A stretch of 64,000 nucleotides of DNA, from positions 31,932-95,931 of the forward strand of contig CABWYP010000001.1 in the NCBI GenBank assembly GCA_902509695.1, read 5' to 3'. This document shows positions 9,610-19,099 of this stretch, in pieces. This DNA is from an uncultured Alphaproteobacteria bacterium (GTDB lineage: Bacteria; Pseudomonadota; Alphaproteobacteria; HIMB59). The notes under the pieces are model-generated. The model was given only the letters and a program-made list of their open reading frames with translations. It was not told where the DNA came from and ran no database searches. The translations under genes were made by a program, and so were the position numbers. Position 1 is the first letter of the stretch, and every line of letters begins with the position of its first letter.

Positions 9610-11286
9610 ATGTCTACAGGAACTAATGAACAAATGATTACTGGCGGTGAGCTAGTAGCTAAGGCCTTAAAGGCCGAAGGTATTGAAGTTATTTACACAC
9701 TTTGTGGTGGTCATATCATTGATATTTACAATGGATGTTTAAATGAAGGAATTAAAATTATTGATGTAAGGCACGAAGAAGTCGCCTCACATGCAGCAGA
9801 CGGATATGCACGTATGACTGGTAAACCAGGATGTGCTGTTGTTACTGCTGGACCTGGAACAACTCACGCACTTACTGGAGTCGCAAATGCATTTAGAGCA
9901 GAGATACCAATGTTACTTATTGGTGGGCAAAGTTCTTTAACTCAACACAAGATGGGCTCTCTCCAAGATTTACCTCATGTTGATATGATGCAACCAATTA
10001 CAAAATTTGCAGCTACCGTAATGTCAACTGAAAGATGTGCAGATATGGTTTCGATGGCTTTTAGAGAAACTAGAAATGGATCTTTTGGTCCTTCTTTCTT
10101 AGAAATCCCACGTGATATTTTAGACTCATCTATACCGATGACAAAAGCAGTTGTTCCTGAAACTGGAAAATATAGTGCCTCCTCTAAAACTCTAGCAGAC
10201 CCAGTTGATGTTCAAAAAGCTGCAGATATTATTTCTAAAGCTGAGAGGCCTTGTGTTCTACTTGGTCAACAAGTATGGACATGCCAATCAACCGATGATG
10301 CAGTTGATTTTGTAAGAAATTTGAATATACCTGCTTACCTCAATGGTGCTGCAAGGGGTTCATTACCTCCTGGAGATCCTCATCACTTCCATAGAACAAG
10401 AAGAAATGCATTCACAAAGTCTGACTGTATCATAATTGTTGGAACCCCTTTTGATTTTAGAATGGGTTATGGAAAAAGGTTGAACCCAAATGCGACTGTT
10501 ATTCAAATTGATATGGATTATAGAACCGTTGGTAAAAATAGAGATATATCACTTGGACTAGTTGGCCATATAGGTACTACCTTAAAAGCAATTTCTGAAG
10601 CAGGAACTAAACAAGATAGAACTGACTGGTTTAAGGAATTAAGAGCTGGAGAAGAGGCGGCTCTTGAAAAATTAATGCCCACTTTTACCACTGAGAAATC
10701 TCCAATAAGCCCCTACAGAGTTGCTTGGGAATTAAATCAATTCTTAAATGACGATACAATTTATATTGGCGATGGAGGAGATGTTGTTACAATTAGTGCT
10801 CAAGCTGTTCAACCAAGACAGCCTGGAGCTTGGATGGACCCAGGTCCATTGGGAACTTTAGGAGTAGGCGTCCCTTACGCACTTGCTGCTAAAATCGCAG
10901 CTCCTGAAAGAGAGGTTCTTCTTTACTGTGGTGATGGAGCATTTTCAATGACAGGGATGGATTTTGAGGCTTTTGTCCGACACAAAGCACCAGTCTTAAC
11001 CGTTATTGGAAATAATTCTGCGCAAAACCAAATTAGATTTGGTCAAATCATGAAATATGGTGAAGAAAAAGGAAATGTTGGAAATATCCTTGGCGATATT
11101 AACTTTGATGAGTTTGCTAAGATGATGGGTGGTCATGGTGAAGCTGTCAGAGAGGCAAAAGATATTCAACCAGCGCTTCAAAGAGCCAGAGAGGCGGTTA
11201 AATCAGGCATACCTGCAATTGTAAATATTTGGGTAGACAAAGAAGAATTTGCTCCTGGTACAAAAAACCAGACAATGTACAAGTAA
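9610..11286 (+). CDS. ThDP-dependent acyl-CoA lyase/decarboxylase (HACL/ILVBL-like; probable non-canonical oxalyl-CoA decarboxylase)
   Basis: YTLCGGHI, VRHEE catalytic Glu, VTAGPG, DPGPLGTLGVG, ThDP motif GDGAF...GNN; adjacent to frc. Confidence 0.8.
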   Translation: MSTGTNEQMITGGELVAKALKAEGIEVIYTLCGGHIIDIYNGCLNEGIKIIDVRHEEVASHAADGYARMTGKPGCAVVTAGPGTTHALTGVANAFRAEIPMLLIGGQSSLTQHKMGSLQDLPHVDMMQPITKFAATVMSTERCADMVSMAFRETRNGSFGPSFLEIPRDILDSSIPMTKAVVPETGKYSASSKTLADPVDVQKAADIISKAERPCVLLGQQVWTCQSTDDAVDFVRNLNIPAYLNGAARGSLPPGDPHHFHRTRRNAFTKSDCIIIVGTPFDFRMGYGKRLNPNATVIQIDMDYRTVGKNRDISLGLVGHIGTTLKAISEAGTKQDRTDWFKELRAGEEAALEKLMPTFTTEKSPISPYRVAWELNQFLNDDTIYIGDGGDVVTISAQAVQPRQPGAWMDPGPLGTLGVGVPYALAAKIAAPEREVLLYCGDGAFSMTGMDFEAFVRHKAPVLTVIGNNSAQNQIRFGQIMKYGEEKGNVGNILGDINFDEFAKMMGGHGEAVREAKDIQPALQRAREAVKSGIPAIVNIWVDKEEFAPGTKNQTMYK

Positions 11287-11310
11287 TAGGCAGTAAGGTA
11301 GGTTAATTTT

Positions 11311-12558
11311 ATGGAAGCTCTTAAAGGTGTAAAAATTTTGGATATGACTCATGTTCAATCTGGACCAACTTGTACTCAGCTTTTAGCTTGGTTTGGCGCT
11401 GACGTAGTAAAAGTAGAAAGACCTGGAGTAGGTGATGCTACCCGAGGTCAACTAAGGGACGTACCAGAAGCTGATAGTCTCTATTTTACAATGCTTAACT
11501 CAAATAAAAGAAGTATAACACTTAATCCTAAAAAGCCCGAAGGTGCAAAAATTTTTACTCAACTTATTAAAGAATGTGATGTGATGGTTGAAAATTTTGC
11601 TCCAGGCGCCCTAGATAGAATGGGATTTTCTTGGGAAAAAATTCAAGAGATTAATCCCAGAATGATATATGCCTCAGTTAAAGGCTTTGGCCCGGGTCAG
11701 TATGAAGAGTGTAAAGTTTATGAGAATGTTGCACAATGTGCTGGAGGCTCAGCCTCAACCACTGGAATGTTAGGTGAAGTTCCAATGGTAACTGGTGCTC
11801 AAATTGGCGACAGTGGCACAGGACTTCATTTAGCTTTGGGTATAGTAACTGCTTTATTTCATCGAGAAAAATCAGGAAAAGGTCAAAGAGTTTCCGCTGC
11901 TATGCAAGATGGTGTTTTAAATTTATGTCGTGTTAAACTTCGTGATCAACAAAGATTAGAAAAAGGACCATTAAAAGAATATTCCCAATTTGGAGAAAAT
12001 ATTCCCTTTGGCGAAGCAACACCTAGGGCTGGTAATGACTCTGGAGGAGGGCAGCCTGGTAGAATTCTTAAATGCAAAGGATGGGAGAATGATCCTAATG
12101 CCTATACGTATTTTATAACTCAAGCTGCTGTTTGGGAAAAAGTATGTGATGTTATTGGAAAGCCAGAATGGAAGGAAGATGAAAATTATTCAACTCCTGC
12201 TGCTCGTTTACCAAAATTAAACGAAATTTTTGATACAATTGAAGCTTGGACTATGACTAAGACTAAGTTTGAAGTTATGGATATTTGTAATCCACTTGAT
12301 ATCCCTGTAGGCCCAATACTCTCCTTAAAAGAGATATCCGAAGATCAAGGTTTAAGAGACACGGGTACAGTTGTAGAGGTAGATCATCCTGTTAGAGGTA
12401 AATATTTAACAGTTGGAAATCCAATTAAACTCTCAGACTCACCAGCAGTTGTAAAACGCTCTCCTCTATTGGGAGAACACACTGAAGAAATTCTTAAAGA
12501 ATACTGTAATATGACTGATGAAGAAATTAACGCTGTTAAAGAGGCTGGCGCAGTATAA
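11311..12558 (+). CDS. frc: Formyl-CoA transferase (CoA-transferase family III)
   Basis: [44 protein letters not shown], catalytic Asp in [17 protein letters not shown] loop. Confidence 0.95.
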   Translation: MEALKGVKILDMTHVQSGPTCTQLLAWFGADVVKVERPGVGDATRGQLRDVPEADSLYFTMLNSNKRSITLNPKKPEGAKIFTQLIKECDVMVENFAPGALDRMGFSWEKIQEINPRMIYASVKGFGPGQYEECKVYENVAQCAGGSASTTGMLGEVPMVTGAQIGDSGTGLHLALGIVTALFHREKSGKGQRVSAAMQDGVLNLCRVKLRDQQRLEKGPLKEYSQFGENIPFGEATPRAGNDSGGGQPGRILKCKGWENDPNAYTYFITQAAVWEKVCDVIGKPEWKEDENYSTPAARLPKLNEIFDTIEAWTMTKTKFEVMDICNPLDIPVGPILSLKEISEDQGLRDTGTVVEVDHPVRGKYLTVGNPIKLSDSPAVVKRSPLLGEHTEEILKEYCNMTDEEINAVKEAGAV

Positions 12559-12578
12559 ATTATACTTAGGAGGAAATA

Positions 12579-13496
12579 ATGAAAATAATTTTAATGGGAC
12601 AACAAGCATTTGGAAAAAGTGCTCTTGAAAAATTTCATACAGAAACAGATCATGAAGTAGTTGCTGTTTATTGTGCACCTGATAAAGAGGGAAAACCTCT
12701 AGATCCAGTTAAAGAATATGCGCAAAGCGTTGGTCTACCTGTTTTTCAACCATCTAACTTTAAAGATCAGGAGGTTTTAGACCAAATGAAATCTCACGAT
12801 GCTGATTTATGTGTCATGGCTTATGTTATTATCTTTGTTCCTGAAGCTGCAAGAGATATTCCAAAACATGGATCTGTTTGTTTTCACCCCTCTTTACTAC
12901 CATTACACAGAGGTCCAAGTTCAATAAACTGGCCAATCATTGGTGGTGCAACTAAAACAGGTTTAACTATTTTCTATCCAAATGATGGGTTAGATGAAGG
13001 GGAAATTCTTCTTCAAAAAGAGGTAGAAGTTGGTCCCGATGATACCTTAGGAGATGTTTATTTCTCTAAAATTTTCCCATTGGGTATTGATGCATGTATC
13101 GAAGCAGCGGACTTGATTGCTTCAGGAAATGCACCTCGCATTGCTCAAGATGAAACCCAAGCTACCTACGAGTCATGGTGTAAAAAAGCTGATGCTAGAA
13201 TAGATTGGAAAAAACCTGGAAGAGAAGTTTATAATTTAATAAGAGGTTGTAATCCACAACCTGGCGCTTGGGCAGAATTTATGGGTGATGAATTTACATT
13301 TGTTGATACTAAATTCATTGACCAACAAAGTGCTGAGCACTTTCCTGGCCAGATAATCTCAATAAATGCTGAAAACATTGAAATAGCTGTTAAAGGTGGT
13401 TTTATTGAGGTTTCAAGATTTAAATCTGATCAGGGTAAGCTTTATGTCAAAGACATGGATACTGCGGTATTTACAGAGGGCGATTTATTCTCATAA
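12579..13496 (+). CDS. Formyltransferase resembling the N-terminal domain of 10-formyl-THF dehydrogenase (ALDH1L1)
   Basis: MKIILMGQQAFG, CFHPSLLPLHRG.SSINW, DGLDEGEILLQ, FPLG, ATYE, IRGCNPQPGAW; His103/Asp139 spacing as in ALDH1L1 His106/Asp142. Confidence 0.8.
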   Translation: MKIILMGQQAFGKSALEKFHTETDHEVVAVYCAPDKEGKPLDPVKEYAQSVGLPVFQPSNFKDQEVLDQMKSHDADLCVMAYVIIFVPEAARDIPKHGSVCFHPSLLPLHRGPSSINWPIIGGATKTGLTIFYPNDGLDEGEILLQKEVEVGPDDTLGDVYFSKIFPLGIDACIEAADLIASGNAPRIAQDETQATYESWCKKADARIDWKKPGREVYNLIRGCNPQPGAWAEFMGDEFTFVDTKFIDQQSAEHFPGQIISINAENIEIAVKGGFIEVSRFKSDQGKLYVKDMDTAVFTEGDLFS

Positions 13497-13505
13497 TACC
13501 CATCA

Positions 13506-14000
13506 GTGGCTAAAAACAACCCTGATTCACCTAAAACGATTTCTATAATTGTTTATTTCTTTTTGCTTTTTGCATTATGGTTTGTGCTCTCTGGTTATTT
13601 AAAATCGCTCTTACTATTTTTTGGACTCATAAGCGTTGTTTTTGTTTTGTGGATGTCAATAAGATCTAAATCACTAAATTACGATGTACTTCCTCTCAAA
13701 CTCTTAATTAAATTGCCCATCTATTGGATTTGGTTAATTAAAGAAATAATAAAATCGGGATTAACTACTACAAAAATTATATGGAAAGGTAATTATAGCC
13801 CAGAACTAATTAAGGTTAAGGCATCTCAAAAAAATAATACTGGTAAGGCAAACTATGCTAATGCAATTACTTTAACTCCAGGTACTGTAACTATAGAAAT
13901 TGATAAAAATACGTTTTTAGTCCACGCTTTAAGTAAAGAGCTATCTGAGGATTTACAATCAGGTGAGATGGATAAAATTATTACAGGTTTACATAAATGA
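13506..14000 (+). CDS. mnhE: Mrp/Mnh antiporter subunit E
   Basis: YANAITLTPGTVT, LVHAL. Confidence 0.9.
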   Translation: MAKNNPDSPKTISIIVYFFLLFALWFVLSGYLKSLLLFFGLISVVFVLWMSIRSKSLNYDVLPLKLLIKLPIYWIWLIKEIIKSGLTTTKIIWKGNYSPELIKVKASQKNNTGKANYANAITLTPGTVTIEIDKNTFLVHALSKELSEDLQSGEMDKIITGLHK

Positions 14001-14260
14001 TTTTTTTTATTGCACTTGCTATATTAGGTGTGTCAATACTCTTTTGTATTTATAGAGCTGCTAAGGGTCCGACACCCTTTGACAGAATTTTATCTATTTC
14101 AAGCATAGGAACCATCATGGCTTTAGGTATTGCAATTCATGGATTTGCATTTGATAGACCAGATTTCGTTGATATTGCATTGATGTATGTACTTTTAAAT
14201 TTTCTTGGAACTATAGCCATTCTAAAATTTTATAAGATGAAAGGTAAAAAGAAAGTTTAG
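13997..14260 (+). CDS. mnhF: Mrp/Mnh subunit F
   Basis: GPTPFDRI, DIALMYVLLNF. Confidence 0.9.
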   Translation: MIFFIALAILGVSILFCIYRAAKGPTPFDRILSISSIGTIMALGIAIHGFAFDRPDFVDIALMYVLLNFLGTIAILKFYKMKGKKKV

Positions 14261-14574
14261 TGGAATATCTTATTCATTATTCTACAATTTTTTTTCTATT
14301 TCTAGGTTGTTTTTTTATTTTATCAGGTAGTGTGGGTTTAATAAAATTACCAGATGTTTTTAGCAGAATACATGCCGCTGGTTTAATAGATACTTTAGGA
14401 ACAGGATTTATAATTTTATCTTTGATTATTCACTCAGGATTTTCCTTATTAAGCTTAAAACTTTTATTGATACCTTTATTTATATTATTCACTAGTCCTA
14501 TTTCTGGTCATGCTATCTCCTTATTTGCACATGAGTCTGGTTACAAACCAAAAGCAAAACTTAAAAGAAAATGA
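14260..14574 (+). CDS. mnhG: Mrp/Mnh subunit G
   Basis: GLIKLPDVFSRIHAAG..DTLG, TSPISGHA. Confidence 0.9.
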   Translation: MEYLIHYSTIFFLFLGCFFILSGSVGLIKLPDVFSRIHAAGLIDTLGTGFIILSLIIHSGFSLLSLKLLLIPLFILFTSPISGHAISLFAHESGYKPKAKLKRK

Positions 14575-15134
14575 ATTTTTTAATAATAAACTTTTTTCTA
14601 ATTTCGATTTTATTTTTTACTACTTTTTATATCTTTAAAACTACTTCTTTAATATCAGTCGTAGCTTTAACAGGGGTTTTTACATTAGTTTGTGCTGCTA
14701 TTTATGTAAATCTTGACGCAGTAGATGTCGCTTTTACTGAAGCAGCTGTGGGTTCAGGTATCTCTACTATTTTAATGGTTTTGGCAGTTGCTAAATTGCC
14801 TGAAGGAAAGAAAAATCAATTATTAAATTTATTTCCAAGCATCGTTTTATCGGTTTCTATCGTCATAGCACTTATGCTAATTATTGCAAACTTGCCACTT
14901 TTAGGAGACCCCAATGCTCCAATCCACCTTCATGTAACTCCAGAATACATTAAAGAAAGTAAAACTATATTTCACATTCCCAACGTTGTTACAAACATTT
15001 TAGCCAGCTATAGGGGGTTTGATACTTTAGGTGAAACAATTGTGATATTTACTGCTGGGATAGGAGTAATTGTATTACTGACAAGTAACACATTAAATAG
15101 AAAAACTAAATTCAAAAAGAAAGCAAAAAAATAA
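14571..15134 (+). CDS. Mrp subunit B-related (DUF4040 + MnhB N-terminal; MbhD/E-like)
   Basis: AVDVAFTEAAVG.G, PNVVT.ILASYRGFDTLGE. Confidence 0.85.
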   Translation: MNFLIINFFLISILFFTTFYIFKTTSLISVVALTGVFTLVCAAIYVNLDAVDVAFTEAAVGSGISTILMVLAVAKLPEGKKNQLLNLFPSIVLSVSIVIALMLIIANLPLLGDPNAPIHLHVTPEYIKESKTIFHIPNVVTNILASYRGFDTLGETIVIFTAGIGVIVLLTSNTLNRKTKFKKKAKK

Positions 15135-15571
15135 TGAAAGATAACTTTTCATCTAGTCCTATTTTAAACATTGTTAGTAGAATACTTTTTGCTCCAATTA
15201 TTATTTTTGGTTTGTATGTTCAATTTCATGGTGATTATGGTCCAGGTGGAGGATTTCAAGCTGGAGTAATTATCGCTGCAGCTTTCATTCTTTACTCAAT
15301 GATTTTTGGAATTAAAAAAGGAGAAACTTTAGTTCCTATAAAAATTAATCAATATTTAATGTGCTCTGGAGTACTACTTTATGCGGCAGTAGGAATAGTA
15401 TCTATTTTTTTTAATGGCAACTATTTAGATTATAATGTATTAGCTTCTGACAGATCTACAGGCCAGCATATAGGTATTATCCTCGTAGAACTTGGTGTTG
15501 GTATAACGGTGGCCACAGTGATGATAGCTTTATATCATTCTTTTGCATCTTTTAGGATTAAAGATGACTAA
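15134..15571 (+). CDS. mnhB: Mrp/Mnh subunit B
   Basis: HGDYGPGGGFQAG, VELGVG. Confidence 0.9.
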   Translation: MKDNFSSSPILNIVSRILFAPIIIFGLYVQFHGDYGPGGGFQAGVIIAAAFILYSMIFGIKKGETLVPIKINQYLMCSGVLLYAAVGIVSIFFNGNYLDYNVLASDRSTGQHIGIILVELGVGITVATVMIALYHSFASFRIKDD

Positions 15572-15926
15572 TTTTTTATATTTTTGGAACCACTTCGCTT
15601 TTATAATATTAATGGTAAGTGGGATTTTTATAATAATTACTAGCCAAAATTATATAAAAAAAATTGTTGGTTTAGCAATTTTTCAAACATCTGTATTTGT
15701 TTTTTTTGTTTCCTTGGCAAAAATTATTGATGGAACAGCTCCAATATTAAATTCACAAAATAATGTTTACTCTAATCCTTTACCTCATGTTTTAATTCTA
15801 ACAGCAATTGTTGTAGGGGTTGCTACATCTGCTCTTGGTTTAGCTATAGTTCTTCAAATTTATAAAAATTATGGATCTATTGAGGAAAATGAAATCAAAA
15901 AAGAAGAGTTAAAGGAAAATAATTAA
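15564..15926 (+). CDS. mnhC: Mrp/Mnh subunit C
   Basis: KKIVGL, NPLPHVLILTAIVVG; start moved to ATG 15564 (the ORF track uses TTG 15543). Confidence 0.88.
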   Translation: MTNFLYFWNHFAFIILMVSGIFIIITSQNYIKKIVGLAIFQTSVFVFFVSLAKIIDGTAPILNSQNNVYSNPLPHVLILTAIVVGVATSALGLAIVLQIYKNYGSIEENEIKKEELKENN

Positions 15927-15927
15927 A

Positions 15928-17421
15928 ATGAGTATTATTTTAGATGACGCTCCTGCTCTCGTTGTTATTTTACCTTTACTAATATCAGCAATTATAGCAT
16001 TTATTTCTTCACCAAGACTGGCTTGGTTCATAACAATTGTAACTTTATTTATTCATATATTACTATCTATTGAGCTTTTATTGAGCTTTTCCTCTTTTGG
16101 TTTGATTATCTATGAATTTGGTAATTGGCCTCCACCTTGGGGTATTTCTTTTAAATTGGATGGAGTAAATATCGGACTGCAGCTTTTGTTTTCTGCTTTT
16201 GTTTTAATAACAACAATTTATTCAAGAAAGATTTTTTTATCTGAGATTGATCCTGATGACTCTGGTAAAGCATATTCATTATGGTTGTTGGCAATAGGAA
16301 GCTTGAATGGAATAATTTTAACCAATGATATTTTTAATTTATTTGTCTTTTTAGAAATATCAGCGCTTTCATCTATTTCATTAATTTCTTTAGGAGCTGG
16401 GACAAATAGAAAAGCATTATTAGCAGCTTTCAATTATTTAATAATTGGTGCAATTGGAGCTACTTTTTATGTCATTGGTGTAGGATTTGCCTATGCCATG
16501 ACAGGCACACTTAATATGAATGATTTAATAATTCAACTGACCCAATATTCAGAAGGTCAGCTGGCAATCTTTGCTGGTATGTCTTTTATGTTAATTGGCC
16601 TAATGGTTAAATCTGCAGTGTTCCCACTACATTTATGGTTACCACCTGCATATAGTTATGCACCATCAGCGGTTTCTACTCTTTTTGCAGCCTTGGCTAC
16701 TAAAGCCATTCTAATTTTCTTTGTAAGGATTTTGTATGAGGTTTTTTCAATCTATAATAGTTATCTAATACTTTTTTTAGAATACATTTTACTCCCTCTC
16801 TCTTTGATAGCTATTTTTGCAGGTACAATTATTGCTATTTATCAAGATGATATAAAAAAATTATTAGCTTATTCCTCAATAGCTCAAATTGGATATATAA
16901 CTCTTGTATTTAGTATTAATGATAATAGTGGAGTTCTTGCAGGTTTTGTTCATATTTTTAATCATGCTCTAATTAAAGGAGGCCTTTTCATGGCTGTAGG
17001 ATATCTGGCCTTTTCTATAAATGATCGAGTTACCTTACAAAGTATCGAGGGTTTAGGACAAAAATTTCCCATTACTTCATATGCATTATTGATATGTGGG
17101 CTCTCATTAATAGGTTTACCTCTTACAAACGGTTTTATCTCTAAACTCTATATATTTCAGGCACTTTATAGTAATGAAATGTTTTTAACCATAGCTCTCG
17201 TAGCTTTAAGTTCTGCATTAGCAGTGATTTATTTCTGGAAAATTGTTGAGAAATTATTCTTTAGCCCAAAAGGATTTGAGGCATCCATAGAAGACCCTGC
17301 TATTTACATACCAATTTGGATAATAGCAATATCTATAATTTATTTTGGCATCTTTTCATCTCCTATAGTTGAATTCTCATCTATAGCTTCTGAATCTTTA
17401 ATCAAAGGAGGTACAAATTGA
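15928..17421 (+). CDS. mnhD: Mrp subunit D / antiporter-like subunit (copy 1)
   Basis: GNWPPPWGI, DIFNLFVFLE, KSAVFPLHLWLP, KKLLAYSS, NHALIKG. Confidence 0.9.
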   Translation: MSIILDDAPALVVILPLLISAIIAFISSPRLAWFITIVTLFIHILLSIELLLSFSSFGLIIYEFGNWPPPWGISFKLDGVNIGLQLLFSAFVLITTIYSRKIFLSEIDPDDSGKAYSLWLLAIGSLNGIILTNDIFNLFVFLEISALSSISLISLGAGTNRKALLAAFNYLIIGAIGATFYVIGVGFAYAMTGTLNMNDLIIQLTQYSEGQLAIFAGMSFMLIGLMVKSAVFPLHLWLPPAYSYAPSAVSTLFAALATKAILIFFVRILYEVFSIYNSYLILFLEYILLPLSLIAIFAGTIIAIYQDDIKKLLAYSSIAQIGYITLVFSINDNSGVLAGFVHIFNHALIKGGLFMAVGYLAFSINDRVTLQSIEGLGQKFPITSYALLICGLSLIGLPLTNGFISKLYIFQALYSNEMFLTIALVALSSALAVIYFWKIVEKLFFSPKGFEASIEDPAIYIPIWIIAISIIYFGIFSSPIVEFSSIASESLIKGGTN

Positions 17422-18866
17422 GCAATGAGGGATTATTGATTTTAGGTTTGCTCACACCTCTACTTGCAGCTTTCGGATCGTATTGTTTTAGAAAGAACGT
17501 AAATGTTCGAGACTCATTTGGTGTTTTAGGAGGGGTTATTACTTTTTTAATAAGTCTTAAAATATTTAATGGACTTCAAGCTGATGAACAATATGTAATA
17601 AATTTGTTTACATTATTTGATGGTGTTGATTTTCTTTTTAATATTACTCCGTTAGGTTCAATTTTTAGTTTAATCGCATCATCATTATGGATATTAGCTT
17701 CAATCTATACTGTGGGGTATATGAGAGGAGCGGGAGAGAAAAATCAAACAAGATTTGTTTTCTTTTACTCGATAGCTATTCACGCAGCTCTGGCTATTGC
17801 ATGGTCTGGAAACTTATTAATGTTATTTATTTTTTATGAAATTCTAACTTTTTCAACTTTTCCTTTAGTTGGACATAAACAAAATGATGAGTCTCAAGCT
17901 GCTGGTCGAATATATTTATCCATCTTAGTTGGAACCTCTTTGGTTCTGTTCTTACCTGCCATTTTTTGGATATGGCTTGAAACAGGAAATTTAAATTTTA
18001 CATCAGGGGGAATTTTAGATGGAAATTTTCCAGCAGAGCGCCTTATATTTTTAATAGCTATGTTAGTTTTTGGAATTGGAAAAGCAGCTATTATGCCCAT
18101 TCATAGATGGTTACCAGCAGCGATGGTTGCGCCTACCCCTGTCTCAGCGCTTCTTCACGCTGTGGCTGTGGTCAAAGCTGGTGTGTTTAGTTTCTTGATG
18201 ATAGTTGTTTACATCATTGGACCAGATTATTTACTTCAAAGTCAGGCATCAAACTGGCTAGTTTGGTTGTCCTCTTTTACTATCCTAGCAGCAAGTATCA
18301 TTGCTATTTCTAAGGATGACTTAAAAGCAAGGCTAGCTTATTCAACTATTAGTCAGTTATCTTATATAATTTTAGGAGCTGCTTTAGCCACTACTTTTGC
18401 ACTTAAAGGAGCATCTTTTCATATTATTACACACGCTATAGGAAAAATTACTTTGTTTTTCTGCGCCGGGGCTATTTATGTTACTGCTCATGTAAAAAAG
18501 ATTAGTGAATTAGGAGGATTGGGATTTAAAACCCCATTGATATTTTTTGCATATACTTTAGGAGCATTATCAATAATTGGTGTCCCTCCCTTGATAGGAT
18601 CATGGAGTAAATTATTTTTAATAATAGGTTCACTTGAGGCTGACTTTTTATTTGTGGCTATTTTGTTGGGTATATCCTCTTTGTTAAATATTTATTATTT
18701 ACTTCAACCAGTATTTATTGCCTTTAATAAAAAAAATATAAAAAATATAAATATTACCAAAGCACCCTTGACTGTATGGCCACCTGTAATTACAGGAGTG
18801 GGGTGTTTATTCTTATTCTTTTTTTCAAATTACTTTTTAAATATTATTAATGGTGTAGTTGCATAA
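17418..18866 (+). CDS. Antiporter-like subunit, MrpD/NuoL family (copy 2)
   Basis: FIFYE, KAAIMPIHRWLP.AM.APTPVSALLHA, KARLAYST, HAIGKITLF. Confidence 0.88.
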   Translation: MSNEGLLILGLLTPLLAAFGSYCFRKNVNVRDSFGVLGGVITFLISLKIFNGLQADEQYVINLFTLFDGVDFLFNITPLGSIFSLIASSLWILASIYTVGYMRGAGEKNQTRFVFFYSIAIHAALAIAWSGNLLMLFIFYEILTFSTFPLVGHKQNDESQAAGRIYLSILVGTSLVLFLPAIFWIWLETGNLNFTSGGILDGNFPAERLIFLIAMLVFGIGKAAIMPIHRWLPAAMVAPTPVSALLHAVAVVKAGVFSFLMIVVYIIGPDYLLQSQASNWLVWLSSFTILAASIIAISKDDLKARLAYSTISQLSYIILGAALATTFALKGASFHIITHAIGKITLFFCAGAIYVTAHVKKISELGGLGFKTPLIFFAYTLGALSIIGVPPLIGSWSKLFLIIGSLEADFLFVAILLGISSLLNIYYLLQPVFIAFNKKNIKNINITKAPLTVWPPVITGVGCLFLFFFSNYFLNIINGVVA

Positions 18867-19099
18867 TGAAAAATAATAATCTTAAAACTTATGCTAAATA
18901 CTTTTCTCAATTTATAATTGCTATTGCAGGACTTCTTGTAATAATTGACTTTACCATACATCGTCACGCATATTTCTATTTAGAAGAAATAATTGGTTTT
19001 CCTGCAATATTTGGTTTTGTTTGTTTTGTTTTGATTGTCATCGTTGGTAAGCAATTAAGAAAAATTCTCATGAGAAAAGAGGATTACTATGATAAGTAG
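18866..19099 (+). CDS. Small 2-TM membrane protein of the Mrp-like cluster
   Basis: GFPAIFGF...LRKILMRKEDYYD; overlaps both neighbours. Confidence 0.75.
   Translation: MKNNNLKTYAKYFSQFIIAIAGLLVIIDFTIHRHAYFYLEEIIGFPAIFGFVCFVLIVIVGKQLRKILMRKEDYYDK

Noticed and set aside
12579-13496. Housekeeping methionyl-tRNA formyltransferase (fmt)
   Set aside because: Lacks the GTP.FA start and the N-x-H motif, has no def neighbour, and matches the ALDH1L1 N-domain better.
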